From positions 576,001-640,000 of the forward strand of contig OZ243956.1 in NCBI GenBank assembly GCA_965214405.1: a stretch of DNA of 64,000 bases, written 5' to 3'. Both the position numbers and the translations under genes were made by a program. Below, in pieces: positions 18,436-27,948 of the stretch (positions are counted from its first letter, which is position 1; each line of letters opens with the position of its first letter). The notes beneath the pieces are model-generated. The model was not told the origin of the DNA and made no database searches. It was given only the letters and a program-made list of their open reading frames with translations. Source of the stretch: Trueperaceae bacterium. Its GTDB lineage: Bacteria > Deinococcota > Deinococci > Deinococcales > Trueperaceae.

Positions 18436-19563
18436 CTACTTGACTGCCCGCAATACTTTGAAACGCGCGTCCGTCGCCAGCATCTCCCATCTTGTCCAAG
18501 AACCAAGTTCGCGTTCGTAGGGGAGCGCCTTGTTCGCCACCAAGGTGAGCGTGCCGCCGGGTTCCAAATATTTGTGCGCCGCCGCCAGAAAGGCTCGAGG
18601 CAGCCCCAGCCGCACCCCCTTGCCCACGTGAAAAGGCGGGTTCATCAGCACCGCGTCGAAGCGTTCGTCTTTGAGTTCGGAATCCACATCCGAATGCAGC
18701 GCGCGCACGTCCAGCCCGTACGTTTTCGCGTTGCGGTAGGTGCTACGCACCGCGAGCAAATCGTCATCGAGCGCGGTCACCTCGGCTCCTGCCAGGGAAA
18801 CTTTGAGCGCGAGGATGCCGTAGCCGCAACCCAAGTCGAGGACGCGCTTACCCGCCACCTCCGAAAAATCCACCACGTCCAAAAAGAGCGCCGTGCCGGG
18901 ATCGAGCTTGCCCGCGGCGAACACGCCGGGTAGAGCTTCCAAACGCAAGCCTCCCCCTTCAAACGGCGTGGGCTCCACGTTGGGCGCGTCCGGGGTGCGC
19001 TTTACCACCCTCGAGAGCCGCCAGCCGCTGCTTTTGGCGAGGGGCTCGAGCCCTCTAAAAAGCCGCGCCGCCTCCTTTTCATAGCGTTTCCCACCACTGT
19101 CTTTGTGCATAAGTAGGTAAGCCGTCCCACCTGGTTCTAACGCGGCGTGCGCGCCCGCAAGCTCCGCCAACACGCGCGCCGTGCCGCGGTCGGTGGCGGG
19201 CATGAGCACGAGGTGTTCGGCGGCCCCCTTCGGCGCGTCCCAGGGCGCGCCCGCCGCCACATGAACGGCAGGGTCGTCGGCAAAGGTCGTCAGCGCGCAG
19301 CGCAGAGCCGCGCGGGAGGTCTCGAGGACCACCCCCCCCTCCACCTCGCCGCACTCGAGCGCTCTCAACAAGGCAAAGCCCGCGCTCCCGCTCACGTCCG
19401 TGAGTTCGTCCGCCGAAAAACGCGTTCTGCGTAGCGTCTCCCCCAACCCCGGCGGGAGGTCCGGGTAACCGCGGACGCCCGCCTTGGTGTAGAAGGTCGC
19501 CGTTGCCAAGGGGCGGGGCTCGAGCGCGTGATAAGCCGTAAGAACATCGTCGGTCACCCCCAC
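18436..19563 (-). CDS. RsmC/MTS-like class I SAM methyltransferase
   Basis: PGVF...LDPGT, LDLGCGYG and NPPFH motifs. Confidence 0.85.
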   Translation of the reverse strand: MGVTDDVLTAYHALEPRPLATATFYTKAGVRGYPDLPPGLGETLRRTRFSADELTDVSGSAGFALLRALECGEVEGGVVLETSRAALRCALTTFADDPAVHVAAGAPWDAPKGAAEHLVLMPATDRGTARVLAELAGAHAALEPGGTAYLLMHKDSGGKRYEKEAARLFRGLEPLAKSSGWRLSRVVKRTPDAPNVEPTPFEGGGLRLEALPGVFAAGKLDPGTALFLDVVDFSEVAGKRVLDLGCGYGILALKVSLAGAEVTALDDDLLAVRSTYRNAKTYGLDVRALHSDVDSELKDERFDAVLMNPPFHVGKGVRLGLPRAFLAAAHKYLEPGGTLTLVANKALPYERELGSWTRWEMLATDARFKVLRAVK

Positions 19564-19600
19564 AGTCTATAGGACTTGAGGAGGATGTTACCGTTAGGGA

Positions 19601-20629
19601 ATGATTATCTTGGGCATCGACACCTCGTGCGACGACACGGGCGTGGGCCTGGTCAAAGACAGGCGCGTCGTCGCCAACGTCGTCGCCTCGCAGACGGCGC
19701 TCCACGCGCCTTTTGGCGGCGTCATGCCCGAGGCGGCGAGCCGCGAGCATCTGGCGGTCATCGACGAGGCGGTCACAAAGGCGCTAGAAGAGGCGGGCGT
19801 GGGACTCGACGACGTGACGGCGGTGGCGGCGACCTACGGCCCCGGTCTCGTCGGCGCGCTCCTCGTGGGTCTCAGTTACGCCAAAACGCTCGCCTGGGCT
19901 CGAGGGCTTCCCTTTGTGCCGGTGCATCACTTAGAGGGCCATATTGCTTCTGTTCTCGGGACATCTGTTTTTGAGACATCTGCTGAAGGTGAGGAAGTCA
20001 CGCCGCCTTTCGTGTGCCTTATCGCTTCGGGCGGTCATACGAGTTTATTTGAGGTGCCGCTCTGGGGGGAATATCATGAGCTAGGCCGCAGCCGCGACGA
20101 CGCGGCGGGCGAGGCGTTTGACAAGGTCGCGCGGCTTCTGGGCCTCCCCTATCCGGGCGGCCCGGCGCTGAGCAAGCTGGCGGAGAAGGGCGACCCGGAA
20201 ACTTTCGCGTTCACGCCGCCCTTGCGGGGGCAGACGGGTTTCGACTTTTCGTTTAGCGGTCTCAAGACGGCGGTGTCCGTCTTGTTGCAACGGCAGCCGG
20301 ACGCTACTAAAGCCGACGTCGCCGCCTCTTTCGAGCGCGTGGCGGTCGAGAGTCTGGTGGAGGTGACGCGGCGGGCGGTGGAGGCTACGGGCTACACCAC
20401 GCTAGTCGTCGCCGGGGGCGTGGCGGCCAACCGGCGGCTGCGGGCGCGGTTCGCGGATATAGAAAGGGAGACGGGCCTGCGCACCGTGTTCCCGCCCCTC
20501 CAGCTCGCCACCGACAACGGCGCAATGATTGCGCTTGCGGCGGGGAGGCGGTTGGGGGAGGCTTCAAATGCGTGGGACCGGGACGCCGTTCCCTACCTGC
20601 CCCTCGCCGCAGCCAAGGCCGCCTCGTAA
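19601..20629 (+). CDS. tsaD: tRNA threonylcarbamoyltransferase subunit
   Basis: ILGIDTSCDDT, HHLEGH, DDAAGEAFDK, FSFSGLKT and TDNGAMIA motifs. Confidence 0.96.
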   Translation: MIILGIDTSCDDTGVGLVKDRRVVANVVASQTALHAPFGGVMPEAASREHLAVIDEAVTKALEEAGVGLDDVTAVAATYGPGLVGALLVGLSYAKTLAWARGLPFVPVHHLEGHIASVLGTSVFETSAEGEEVTPPFVCLIASGGHTSLFEVPLWGEYHELGRSRDDAAGEAFDKVARLLGLPYPGGPALSKLAEKGDPETFAFTPPLRGQTGFDFSFSGLKTAVSVLLQRQPDATKADVAASFERVAVESLVEVTRRAVEATGYTTLVVAGGVAANRRLRARFADIERETGLRTVFPPLQLATDNGAMIALAAGRRLGEASNAWDRDAVPYLPLAAAKAAS

Positions 20630-21726
20630 ACTTTTTCATAAAGCGGCGTCACCTGGGTTTCGCTAAACGTCTCGAGCGCCCGCCGCCGCGCCGCCTCTGC
20701 AAATTTTTGGTGAAGCGCTCCGTCGGTAAGTAGTGTTACCGCCGCCTCCGCCATCCCGTTCGCGTCACCCAGCTCGCACAAGATACCCGTCTCACCGTCC
20801 ACGACCACTTCGGGCAGCCCGCCCACGCGGCTCGCCACCACCGGCACGCCGCTCGCCATCGCCTCTAAAGCTGCCAAGCCAAACGACTCCTGCGAACTCG
20901 GCAGCAAAAAGAGGTCACTTACCGCCAAAAGCTCCTCGATACGCGGGAACGACCCCAAAAAAGAGACGCGCCCGCCTAAGCCGAGTTCAGCGGCCAGCGC
21001 CACCGCCGCGGGGCGATCAGGGCCGTCGCCAATCATCAGCAGGCGCGCGCCCACTTTTGCCACGCGTTCAAAAATACGTACCACGTCCTGGGTGCGCTTG
21101 ACAGGCCGGAAGTTGGACACATGCACGACCAGCCGCTCGTCCGGGTGCGCGTAACGCAAGCGAAGCTCCGGCAACGCTCTGGGCCTGAAACGCGTGTGGT
21201 CCACCATGTTGGGAACGACGCGAACATCCTGCGCCACCCCCATCTCGTTGACTGTATAGTCCGCCAGGTAGCGACTCACCGCGGTCACCACGTCGGAACG
21301 CTCGATGGAATACTGCGTCGTGCGTAAGTAAGCGCGGTCTAAGCCGACCAAGGTTACGTCGGTGCCGTGGAGCGTCGTGACCACCACGGGCGGCGCGCAC
21401 CGCACCATGTCGCGCGCCATCACCGCCGCCGCCGCGTGGGGAATCGCGTAGTGCGCGTGAACGAGGTCGATGCGAAACTCCTCAACCACCTCGGCCAGCT
21501 TGGACGCCTCCGCCAGCGTGGTCAAGGGCGCGTCGAACAGCGGATACGTCATGCTGCCCACCTGATGAAAGTAAATGTTGGGTTGCCCCATCTCGGTCAA
21601 CCGAAAGGGCACCCGGTCGGCGACAAAGTGAACGTTGTGACCCCGCGCCGCGAACCGCAGCCCCAACTCGGTCGCCACCACGCCGCTCCCCCCCGCCCCG
21701 CCGTGAAGCAGTACGGCGATGTTCAC
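20593..21726 (-). CDS. bshA: N-acetyl-glucosaminyl L-malate synthase (bacillithiol pathway)
   Basis: GGSGVVATELG, HYAIPHA, TTLHGTD, SNFRPVKR and ESFGLAALEAM motifs. Confidence 0.92.
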   Translation of the reverse strand: MNIAVLLHGGAGGSGVVATELGLRFAARGHNVHFVADRVPFRLTEMGQPNIYFHQVGSMTYPLFDAPLTTLAEASKLAEVVEEFRIDLVHAHYAIPHAAAAVMARDMVRCAPPVVVTTLHGTDVTLVGLDRAYLRTTQYSIERSDVVTAVSRYLADYTVNEMGVAQDVRVVPNMVDHTRFRPRALPELRLRYAHPDERLVVHVSNFRPVKRTQDVVRIFERVAKVGARLLMIGDGPDRPAAVALAAELGLGGRVSFLGSFPRIEELLAVSDLFLLPSSQESFGLAALEAMASGVPVVASRVGGLPEVVVDGETGILCELGDANGMAEAAVTLLTDGALHQKFAEAARRRALETFSETQVTPLYEKVYEAALAAARGR

Positions 21727-21771
21727 CGCTGCGTTTCCTTAGTTGGCCGCATGTGCTCTCCTCAACTGAGA

Positions 21772-21830
21772 AGTGGATAGTGGTGAGTGATGAGTAAAAG
21801 CTAACCACTACCCGCTCATCACTCGCCACT
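21772..21830. repeat. Inverted pair of heptamer tandem arrays
   Basis: AGTGGAT AGTGGTG AGTGATG AGT ... AACCACT ACCCGCT CATCACT CGCCACT. Confidence 0.7.
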
Positions 21831-21889
21831 GCCTCACCGAGTGGCCTTTATCCTAGTCAAACCCGCGCCCGAAAGCCCATACTTTGGTC

Positions 21890-22774
21890 ATGGTAGGCGT
21901 TGTGACCGACTCGAGCTGTGACCTTCCCGCCGCCACGCTCCTGCGCTTGGGCGTCGCCGCCGCGCCGCTTTTGGTGACGGTAGCGGGAACGGTCTACCGC
22001 GAGCGCGACTTGGACCCTTTTCAACTTTACGGGTGGATGCGTAAAGGCGGCGTACTGCCGCAGACGAGCCCGCCGGAGGTGGGGGATTTTGTCTCGGTTT
22101 ATGAGCGCTACCTGCGCGCCTACGATGAGGTCGTATCAATTCACCTTTCACAGGGGCTTTCAGACACGCTTTTGCGTGCTCGAGAGGCGGCGGCGCATCT
22201 TGACGCAGGAGACCGGATTCGTTTTTTAGACTCCGGGAGCGCGAGCGCCGGACTCGCCGAGGTGGTGATGGCGGCGAGCGCGGCGGCCTCGGCGGGCGCG
22301 GCGGGTCTGGAGGTCGTGAGGGCGGCGGAAGGGGTTAAAGAAACGCTTTACTGCCTCCTCGTCCCCCGTTCGCGGCGGTGGCTCGCCAAGGACGGGAGCC
22401 GAAGCAAGGTGCGGGGGCTGGCGGGTAGGCTCCGCGGTACAAAGCCCGTCATGACGTTTCAAGCGGGCGAACTTGCAGACGACGCGCCCTTGCCGCGGGG
22501 TGCGCTGGCTGAGGGTCTCGCTGCGAGGCTTAACAAGCATTTCGGGAGCGAACCCCTCCACTTGGCGCTCGGTTTTGCGGGCGACCGCGAAAGCTTGGAA
22601 GCAGTTAAAACGGAGCTCGAGGCCTCACTCACCATCCACAGGGGCCGCGTGCAGCTCATCGGCGCAGCGCTGGGCGCACGCTTAGGACCCGGCACGCTCA
22701 TGGCGTGTGCCTACCCTGCTCCTCTCACGAACGTCCACGGCGAACCCGCGCACGTTCAGGCAGTGCCCGTCTAA
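21890..22774 (+). CDS. DegV-family fatty-acid-binding protein
   Basis: VVTDSSCDLP, PQTSPP and SIHLSQGLSDT motifs. Confidence 0.88.
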   Translation: MVGVVTDSSCDLPAATLLRLGVAAAPLLVTVAGTVYRERDLDPFQLYGWMRKGGVLPQTSPPEVGDFVSVYERYLRAYDEVVSIHLSQGLSDTLLRAREAAAHLDAGDRIRFLDSGSASAGLAEVVMAASAAASAGAAGLEVVRAAEGVKETLYCLLVPRSRRWLAKDGSRSKVRGLAGRLRGTKPVMTFQAGELADDAPLPRGALAEGLAARLNKHFGSEPLHLALGFAGDRESLEAVKTELEASLTIHRGRVQLIGAALGARLGPGTLMACAYPAPLTNVHGEPAHVQAVPV

Positions 22775-22824
22775 TGCAAACTGTCCCGGAAGCGACTAAA
22801 CTCTAACGTAACGACAGGGCTAAA

Positions 22825-23724
22825 ATGACTATAATGCCACCCGTAAAACATCTCCCCACGCTCACGAACGCCCCCTTTAGAGACACCGAGCGCACCAAGC
22901 TCGCCGTCAACTACTCCCCGCAGGCCGCCACGTTGCGACTCTCCGGCGACCTCCCCATCGACCTCTACAAATGCCCCGACTGGCCCGACCTCATAGGGGA
23001 GGCGACGGGTGAGGATAGGGCGCAGCCCGTTTATGTCCACTTCCCGCTCGTGGCCGGAGACGGAAGTTTGGAGAACGTGGACTGGCCGCGCGTGGCGCGC
23101 CTGCTTGACGAAACTCACACGCCTTTCGTCAATCTGCATCTGGCCCCGCACGCCAAAACGTTTCAGGGCGACCCGGAGAGCGCCGCCGCCCGCGAGAGGG
23201 TTCTCGGCGCGCTCCGCAAAGAGATTGAGGGAGTGGGCGCGCGTTTCGGTGCTGAGCGCGTCATCCTCGAGAACGTGCCCTACTACGGCGAAGAGGGCGA
23301 CAGGCTGAGGCTCGGCGTCCTTCCCGAAACCGTCACCGGGCTCGTTCACGATACGGGCTGCGGCTTTCTCTTCGACCTCTCGCACGCCCGCATCAGCGCG
23401 CATTATTTGGGCGTGGACGAAAAGGACTACATCGCGGCCCTGCCACTGGACAAGTTGCGCGAGCTTCACATCACAGGCGTCCAAATGCACGAGGGGCGGC
23501 TGCGCGACCATCTGCCGCTTACCGAGAACGATTGGGAGGCGACCGCGTGGGCCTTCGCGCACATTCATAGGGGCGCGTGGGCGCGTCCGGGTGTGGTGGC
23601 GCTCGAGTACGGCGGTATCGGCCCCACCTTCGAGTGGCGCAGCGACAAGGGTGTGTTGGCCGAGCAGGTGCCCCGCCTTTGCACCCTCGTTCACGCCGAG
23701 GCGAAAAGCCGAGAAACTGTTTGA
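22825..23724 (+). CDS. DUF692/MNIO-like TIM-barrel metalloenzyme
   Basis: H...NLH, ILENVPY, LFDLSHA, ELHITG, DH and LEY metal-ligand pattern. Confidence 0.65.
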   Translation: MTIMPPVKHLPTLTNAPFRDTERTKLAVNYSPQAATLRLSGDLPIDLYKCPDWPDLIGEATGEDRAQPVYVHFPLVAGDGSLENVDWPRVARLLDETHTPFVNLHLAPHAKTFQGDPESAAARERVLGALRKEIEGVGARFGAERVILENVPYYGEEGDRLRLGVLPETVTGLVHDTGCGFLFDLSHARISAHYLGVDEKDYIAALPLDKLRELHITGVQMHEGRLRDHLPLTENDWEATAWAFAHIHRGAWARPGVVALEYGGIGPTFEWRSDKGVLAEQVPRLCTLVHAEAKSRETV

Positions 23725-23880
23725 CGCTTGTTGTTGAGACAGTTCAGTTTCGTACGAAGTGTTACAAATATCCTCCTTTTGCAACCTTCTGAATACTGAC
23801 TGCTGACTGTTCACCATCTACACAGCAAGACCTGTGTTAAGCAGCGCCGGACGTTGCCAGACATTGGTAAACCCAACTTG

Positions 23881-24441
23881 CTACCGCACCCGCCCCCACA
23901 GCCCCGACAAGTACATTTTCTGGGTGATAATCCCCTGCACCTCTCCCTCACGCATCACAATCACCAGCGGCTCGCGCGCTAACAGCGAGCGCAAATCGGT
24001 CACGGCCACGCCGCCGTCGACCTTGGCGAGTTCGTCCCAGGACGAGATGCGCTCGCGCCGCACCCCGGTCACGCCGATGGGCACGCCGTTCTCTTCAACG
24101 ATGACGATGCGGTTTTCCATAAGCGTGTGGAGCGTCGAGGTGGCCTCGACCACGGGCACATCCGCAGCGGCGCGGGCCGCGGTGGGAGGCGCTAAAAAGC
24201 CAAAGGACAAGAGCAGCGGGCTGGGCACGCCGAGCCCGTTACGGATGTAAAGAAGGCCGAACGAGTAGGCGACGATAAAGATTGAGCCCTCGAGCAGCCC
24301 AATCACATTGACCTCGCCAAAGTCGAGCCTTCCTTCGCGCCGAAAGAGCAGGTGCAGCGCGAACGAGAGCACGAGCGCGAACGAGAGCGCGGCGAGCGCG
24401 CCCAAAAAGGCCGCCAGACGCAGTTGACCGGGCCTACGCAT
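23881..24441 (-). CDS. Hypothetical membrane protein with a C-terminal CBS-like region
   Basis: Two hydrophobic segments, then IVIVEENGVPIGV...VQGIIT. Confidence 0.65.
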   Translation of the reverse strand: MRRPGQLRLAAFLGALAALSFALVLSFALHLLFRREGRLDFGEVNVIGLLEGSIFIVAYSFGLLYIRNGLGVPSPLLLSFGFLAPPTAARAAADVPVVEATSTLHTLMENRIVIVEENGVPIGVTGVRRERISSWDELAKVDGGVAVTDLRSLLAREPLVIVMREGEVQGIITQKMYLSGLWGRVR

Positions 24442-25298
24442 CAGGCGGACCCTGAGGTGACGGGGCTGGGGTCGGTGGCAACGAGGGCGCTAAGATGTTC
24501 AGGCTTATCCACGTCCGCGCCTAATGCCGCGTGGGGCGTGACAAGCGCGCGCACGGGTCCCTGAAGAAGATGGCTCACGCGGCGCTCGAGCACCGCCAGC
24601 GGCAAGCGTCCCGTAACGAACTGGAGCAAAATACCCGGCCCGATAAGCGCCGCCAACGCCAGCGGGTTTTTGCGCGCCCGGTAGGCGCGGTCCACAAAAG
24701 GCAGCAGCGTCGGCACCATGCCGGGCCGCAGCACGATGAGGTTGCCTCCCGTAAAGGTGCCTTCTCTAAACCTCGCGTAGGTGCGCTTTTGGCCCGGAAA
24801 CTGCGCCTCTGCCGTTGCTTTAGCCACGACGGGGTAAAGAAGCGCCGCTGTATTCGCAGCGTCAGCAGAAAGCGCGTGGTCCACGGCCTCCGCGGTGAGC
24901 CAGGGCAAATCTGCCGAGACCGCCAAAAGTCGCCCTTGGGGCAGCTTTTGGCGGTCTGCGACGGCGAGGGCGGCCTCCAACCCCCCTCGCAGACTGTCGG
25001 CCATCCCTTTGCCGGGCGCGACCACACAGTCAACGTAGGGCGCAAAAAGGGGGTTGGGTTCGCCAACATAAACGACGTGGGTGATGTAAGGGCTCTCCCG
25101 CAGCGCCTCGAGCACGTAAAGCCCCAGCGGTTTACCGCGAAAGGGCACGAGCGCCTTGGACGCCACCCCCGCGTGCGCCGCCAACGCGCTCCTGCCGCCG
25201 CCTAAAACCACCGCAACAACGTTTGAGGTGACGACGTTTGAGGTGACCGCTTCCGAAGGTGCCACAGCCTTCTCCGAATGTGAGGGTTCGCTATCCAT
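24441..25298 (-). CDS. MobA-like nucleotidyltransferase
   Basis: VVLGGG...SKALV, SADLP and DVDKP motifs; start reassigned to ATG 25298. Confidence 0.8.
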   Translation of the reverse strand: MDSEPSHSEKAVAPSEAVTSNVVTSNVVAVVLGGGRSALAAHAGVASKALVPFRGKPLGLYVLEALRESPYITHVVYVGEPNPLFAPYVDCVVAPGKGMADSLRGGLEAALAVADRQKLPQGRLLAVSADLPWLTAEAVDHALSADAANTAALLYPVVAKATAEAQFPGQKRTYARFREGTFTGGNLIVLRPGMVPTLLPFVDRAYRARKNPLALAALIGPGILLQFVTGRLPLAVLERRVSHLLQGPVRALVTPHAALGADVDKPEHLSALVATDPSPVTSGSA

Positions 25299-25510
25299 GT
25301 AGAGCTCATCATATGACGTTTGCGCGCGCCGCGCGGTGGCAACGCGCAAACGCATACGCAAAGGAGGAGCGGGGGTTTGAGACGCTTCGGCTCGAGCGGC
25401 AGCAAGACAGACGCTTTCTGCGCGACCAGTCGCCCTGTAGAGAAGCACTGTAGAGAACTCGAGCAGTGACCATAGGTACAAGCAGTGACCACAAACACAA
25501 GAGGACACGG

Positions 25511-25543
25511 AAAAAAGCCTGGACAGAAAAACCTGCCCAGGCT
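25511..25543 (-). terminator. Rho-independent terminator after the PEGA gene
   Basis: Minus strand CCTGGGCAG-loop-CTGTCCAGG followed by a T-tract. Confidence 0.65.
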
Positions 25544-25568
25544 CGAGGGGTGTGAGAACGCTAAAAAG

Positions 25569-26810
25569 TCAGAGACGCGACTGCGACACGCGCACCTGCG
25601 TCGTCTGACCGCCGCCGATTTCAAAAGAGCGCACGACGGTGTTAAAGCCCGGCGCGACCACGACGAGCTCGTGCGTACCTGTCGGAAGATCGTCAAAAGT
25701 CAGGCGGCCCGACCCGTTGGGAACGGTGCCGACCATCTCGCCGTTGATAAAAACCTGAGCGCCGCCGACGTTGGCCTGAATCTGCACGGAGCCGACTTGC
25801 GGCTGGAGGCTCGCCTGGACCGTCTGGCGGCCTCCGCGGTTGACCGAAAAGGTGGTGGTGGTGTCGTCATAACCCGGTAAAGAAAAGCGGGCGGTGTAGG
25901 CACCCTCGTTCAAGGTCACGTTGCCCGTGGGCGTGGTGCCGACGAGCGAGCCGTTGACGTAGACGTCCGCGCCCTGCGGCTGGCTCCGGAAAGAAGCCGA
26001 GCCCGTCCTAGGAACCGCGTTAAGCACCGCGTCCACGCTCGTTCTGGCCCCGCCGCTCAAGCTGATGGTGGTCTCGAAAGTCTCGTAGTCATTACGCTCG
26101 ACGCGGATGGTGTGCTGTCCTCTACGGGTGCCAAAACGCACCGGCGTGTACCCAACAAACGACCCGTCCACGTACGCCGCCGCGCCACTTGGGTTAGACG
26201 TAATGCTGATGGTCCCGTAGGCCGGGACGCTGGGACGTGTACCCACATAAAAGATGGCCGTATCCGTGACCCAATCCTCTTGCGCGATGGGGCTCACCAC
26301 GATGGACAAGGTTTGCGCGAACGAGTCCTCGCCCTGTTCGCTCACCGAGAAGTCGCCCGCCCGAGAAAAACCTCTTAGGGTGCTCAGGTCCAGCGGGTTT
26401 CTGCTGGCGACCGCAATCACTTTGTCCAAGCCTTGCGGCCCCGCCACGTCAAAGGTGTAGCGCGCGTCTCTGGGCGGAAAGTAGCGCGTCGCGCCTCCGC
26501 TGACGAAGTTGTTGCTGCCGTCGGCTAAGCCGTTAGGCAAAATCTGCTCGATGGTGCCGTCCGAGTGAACGCTAAAAAGGTAGACGTAGGCGTCTTCGGA
26601 CACGCTCACGCCGACGCGGATGCTCTCGCCGATGTTATAGACGGGCGCGGCGTCACCCGAGGTGTCTTTGTCAGTGAACACCTGCACGTCAAAAGAGGGT
26701 GAGGGGTTGACGACGATCGACTGCGGGCTGATGACGACGTTGTCTTGGGCAAAAACCGTGCCGAGGAGTCCCAAAGTAGCGATAAGTAAAGCGGCTGCAC
26801 TAATTTTCAT
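25569..26810 (-). CDS. Exported DUF4384 plus PEGA-repeat protein
   Basis: Signal peptide, ISPQSIVVNP, DAYVYLF and repeated S-x-P-x-GA-x-VYVDG...G-x-TP units. Confidence 0.85.
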   Translation of the reverse strand: MKISAAALLIATLGLLGTVFAQDNVVISPQSIVVNPSPSFDVQVFTDKDTSGDAAPVYNIGESIRVGVSVSEDAYVYLFSVHSDGTIEQILPNGLADGSNNFVSGGATRYFPPRDARYTFDVAGPQGLDKVIAVASRNPLDLSTLRGFSRAGDFSVSEQGEDSFAQTLSIVVSPIAQEDWVTDTAIFYVGTRPSVPAYGTISITSNPSGAAAYVDGSFVGYTPVRFGTRRGQHTIRVERNDYETFETTISLSGGARTSVDAVLNAVPRTGSASFRSQPQGADVYVNGSLVGTTPTGNVTLNEGAYTARFSLPGYDDTTTTFSVNRGGRQTVQASLQPQVGSVQIQANVGGAQVFINGEMVGTVPNGSGRLTFDDLPTGTHELVVVAPGFNTVVRSFEIGGGQTTQVRVSQSRL

Positions 26811-27089
26811 ATCACTCCTTTCATGGGGGAAAGCGTAGCACAGCCCTTCTCATGAAGGTGTGTAAGAAATAAACTTCTCTTCACGCCCCGCCGCCTCACC
26901 CCACCGACTGTTAAATACTCCACACGCGCCTCACCAGCCCCTCGAGAGGTCAACGCAGAATTCAACACAGAAGCGACCATGACCCCCGCCTAAAGAATCT
27001 CCGCGCCCTTTCTCACGCGCGGCTAAGCTGCGCCTCTCATGATGGAAGGGTGCCCCGCAGGGCCACGCTTCAGGTACGTTTCAGGCTAA

Positions 27090-27140
27090 GTCAAAGTTAT
27101 GTTAAAGCTACGTCAAAGCTACGTCAGAGCTTGCGTCAAG
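27090..27140. repeat. 11-bp direct repeats upstream of the LolA-like gene
   Basis: GTCAAAGTTAT GTTAAAGCTAC GTCAAAGCTAC GTCAGAGCTTGC GTCAAG. Confidence 0.75.
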
Positions 27141-27192
27141 ACCCGCGCGAGTAAAAAACCCGGTGTAGACTAAAGTTCGACAAAGGAGTTTC

Positions 27193-27930
27193 ATGCCCCA
27201 CGCATTTCGTCAACCAGCCACCCTTTTGAACGGGTTGTGTCTCGTTCTGGCTCTCACGGGTTACGGGAGCGCGCAAACGCTCTCCGCCGACCAGGTCCTC
27301 GCCAACTTGCAAACGAGCGGCGAGACGCTACAAGACGCTTCTTTTACACTTACGGGCAGCGTCACGGAGAGCAGCGCCGACACACCCTTGGAGCTCAACG
27401 TCCAGCTCATCCCGGAACAAAAGCTCATCCGCGCCGACATCCTCCAGCCCGCCGCGCTGGCCGACAACTTTATCGTCGTCGATGACCAGGCGTTCTACAA
27501 CTATCTTTTTGTGACCAATCAGGTCACAGTCTTAGACACCAACGACCCCGACGCGCTGGCGGGGCTTTTTCCCGACGCGCAGGCGCAAGTGGAGGAGGCG
27601 GGCGAGGAGTTTGATTTCGACCTCTCGCTGGACAGCTTGTCCGAGGGCTGGGACGTCGCGCTCGAGGGCTACGGCGAAAGCCCCGTGGGCAACGTGTACA
27701 CCCTCCGCTTTACCAACCAAGACGACACCGCCACCGTACGCACCGTCGAGGCCGACATCGTGGACGGAGAAGCGGACGGCAACTGGTATCCTTATACGCT
27801 CACGTTCCTAAACGCCGACAGTACCCCACTCGCCAGCCTCACCTTTGAGAACTTCAAGCGCGACACGGGGCTCAATCCTGCCGACCTACGCTCTATCCCC
27901 CGCGACGCGGAAGTGATAGACGAAAGGTAA
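27193..27930 (+). CDS. LolA-like exported lipoprotein carrier protein
   Basis: Signal peptide; QPAALADNFIVVD...NYLFVTNQVT and C-terminal LTFENFKRDTGL pattern. Confidence 0.65.
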   Translation: MPHAFRQPATLLNGLCLVLALTGYGSAQTLSADQVLANLQTSGETLQDASFTLTGSVTESSADTPLELNVQLIPEQKLIRADILQPAALADNFIVVDDQAFYNYLFVTNQVTVLDTNDPDALAGLFPDAQAQVEEAGEEFDFDLSLDSLSEGWDVALEGYGESPVGNVYTLRFTNQDDTATVRTVEADIVDGEADGNWYPYTLTFLNADSTPLASLTFENFKRDTGLNPADLRSIPRDAEVIDER

Positions 27931-27948
27931 CGCCTCCCGTCCCGCTCG

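Noticed and set aside
22771..23817. 348-aa ORF on the - strand
   Set aside because: Antisense shadow of the DUF692-like gene.
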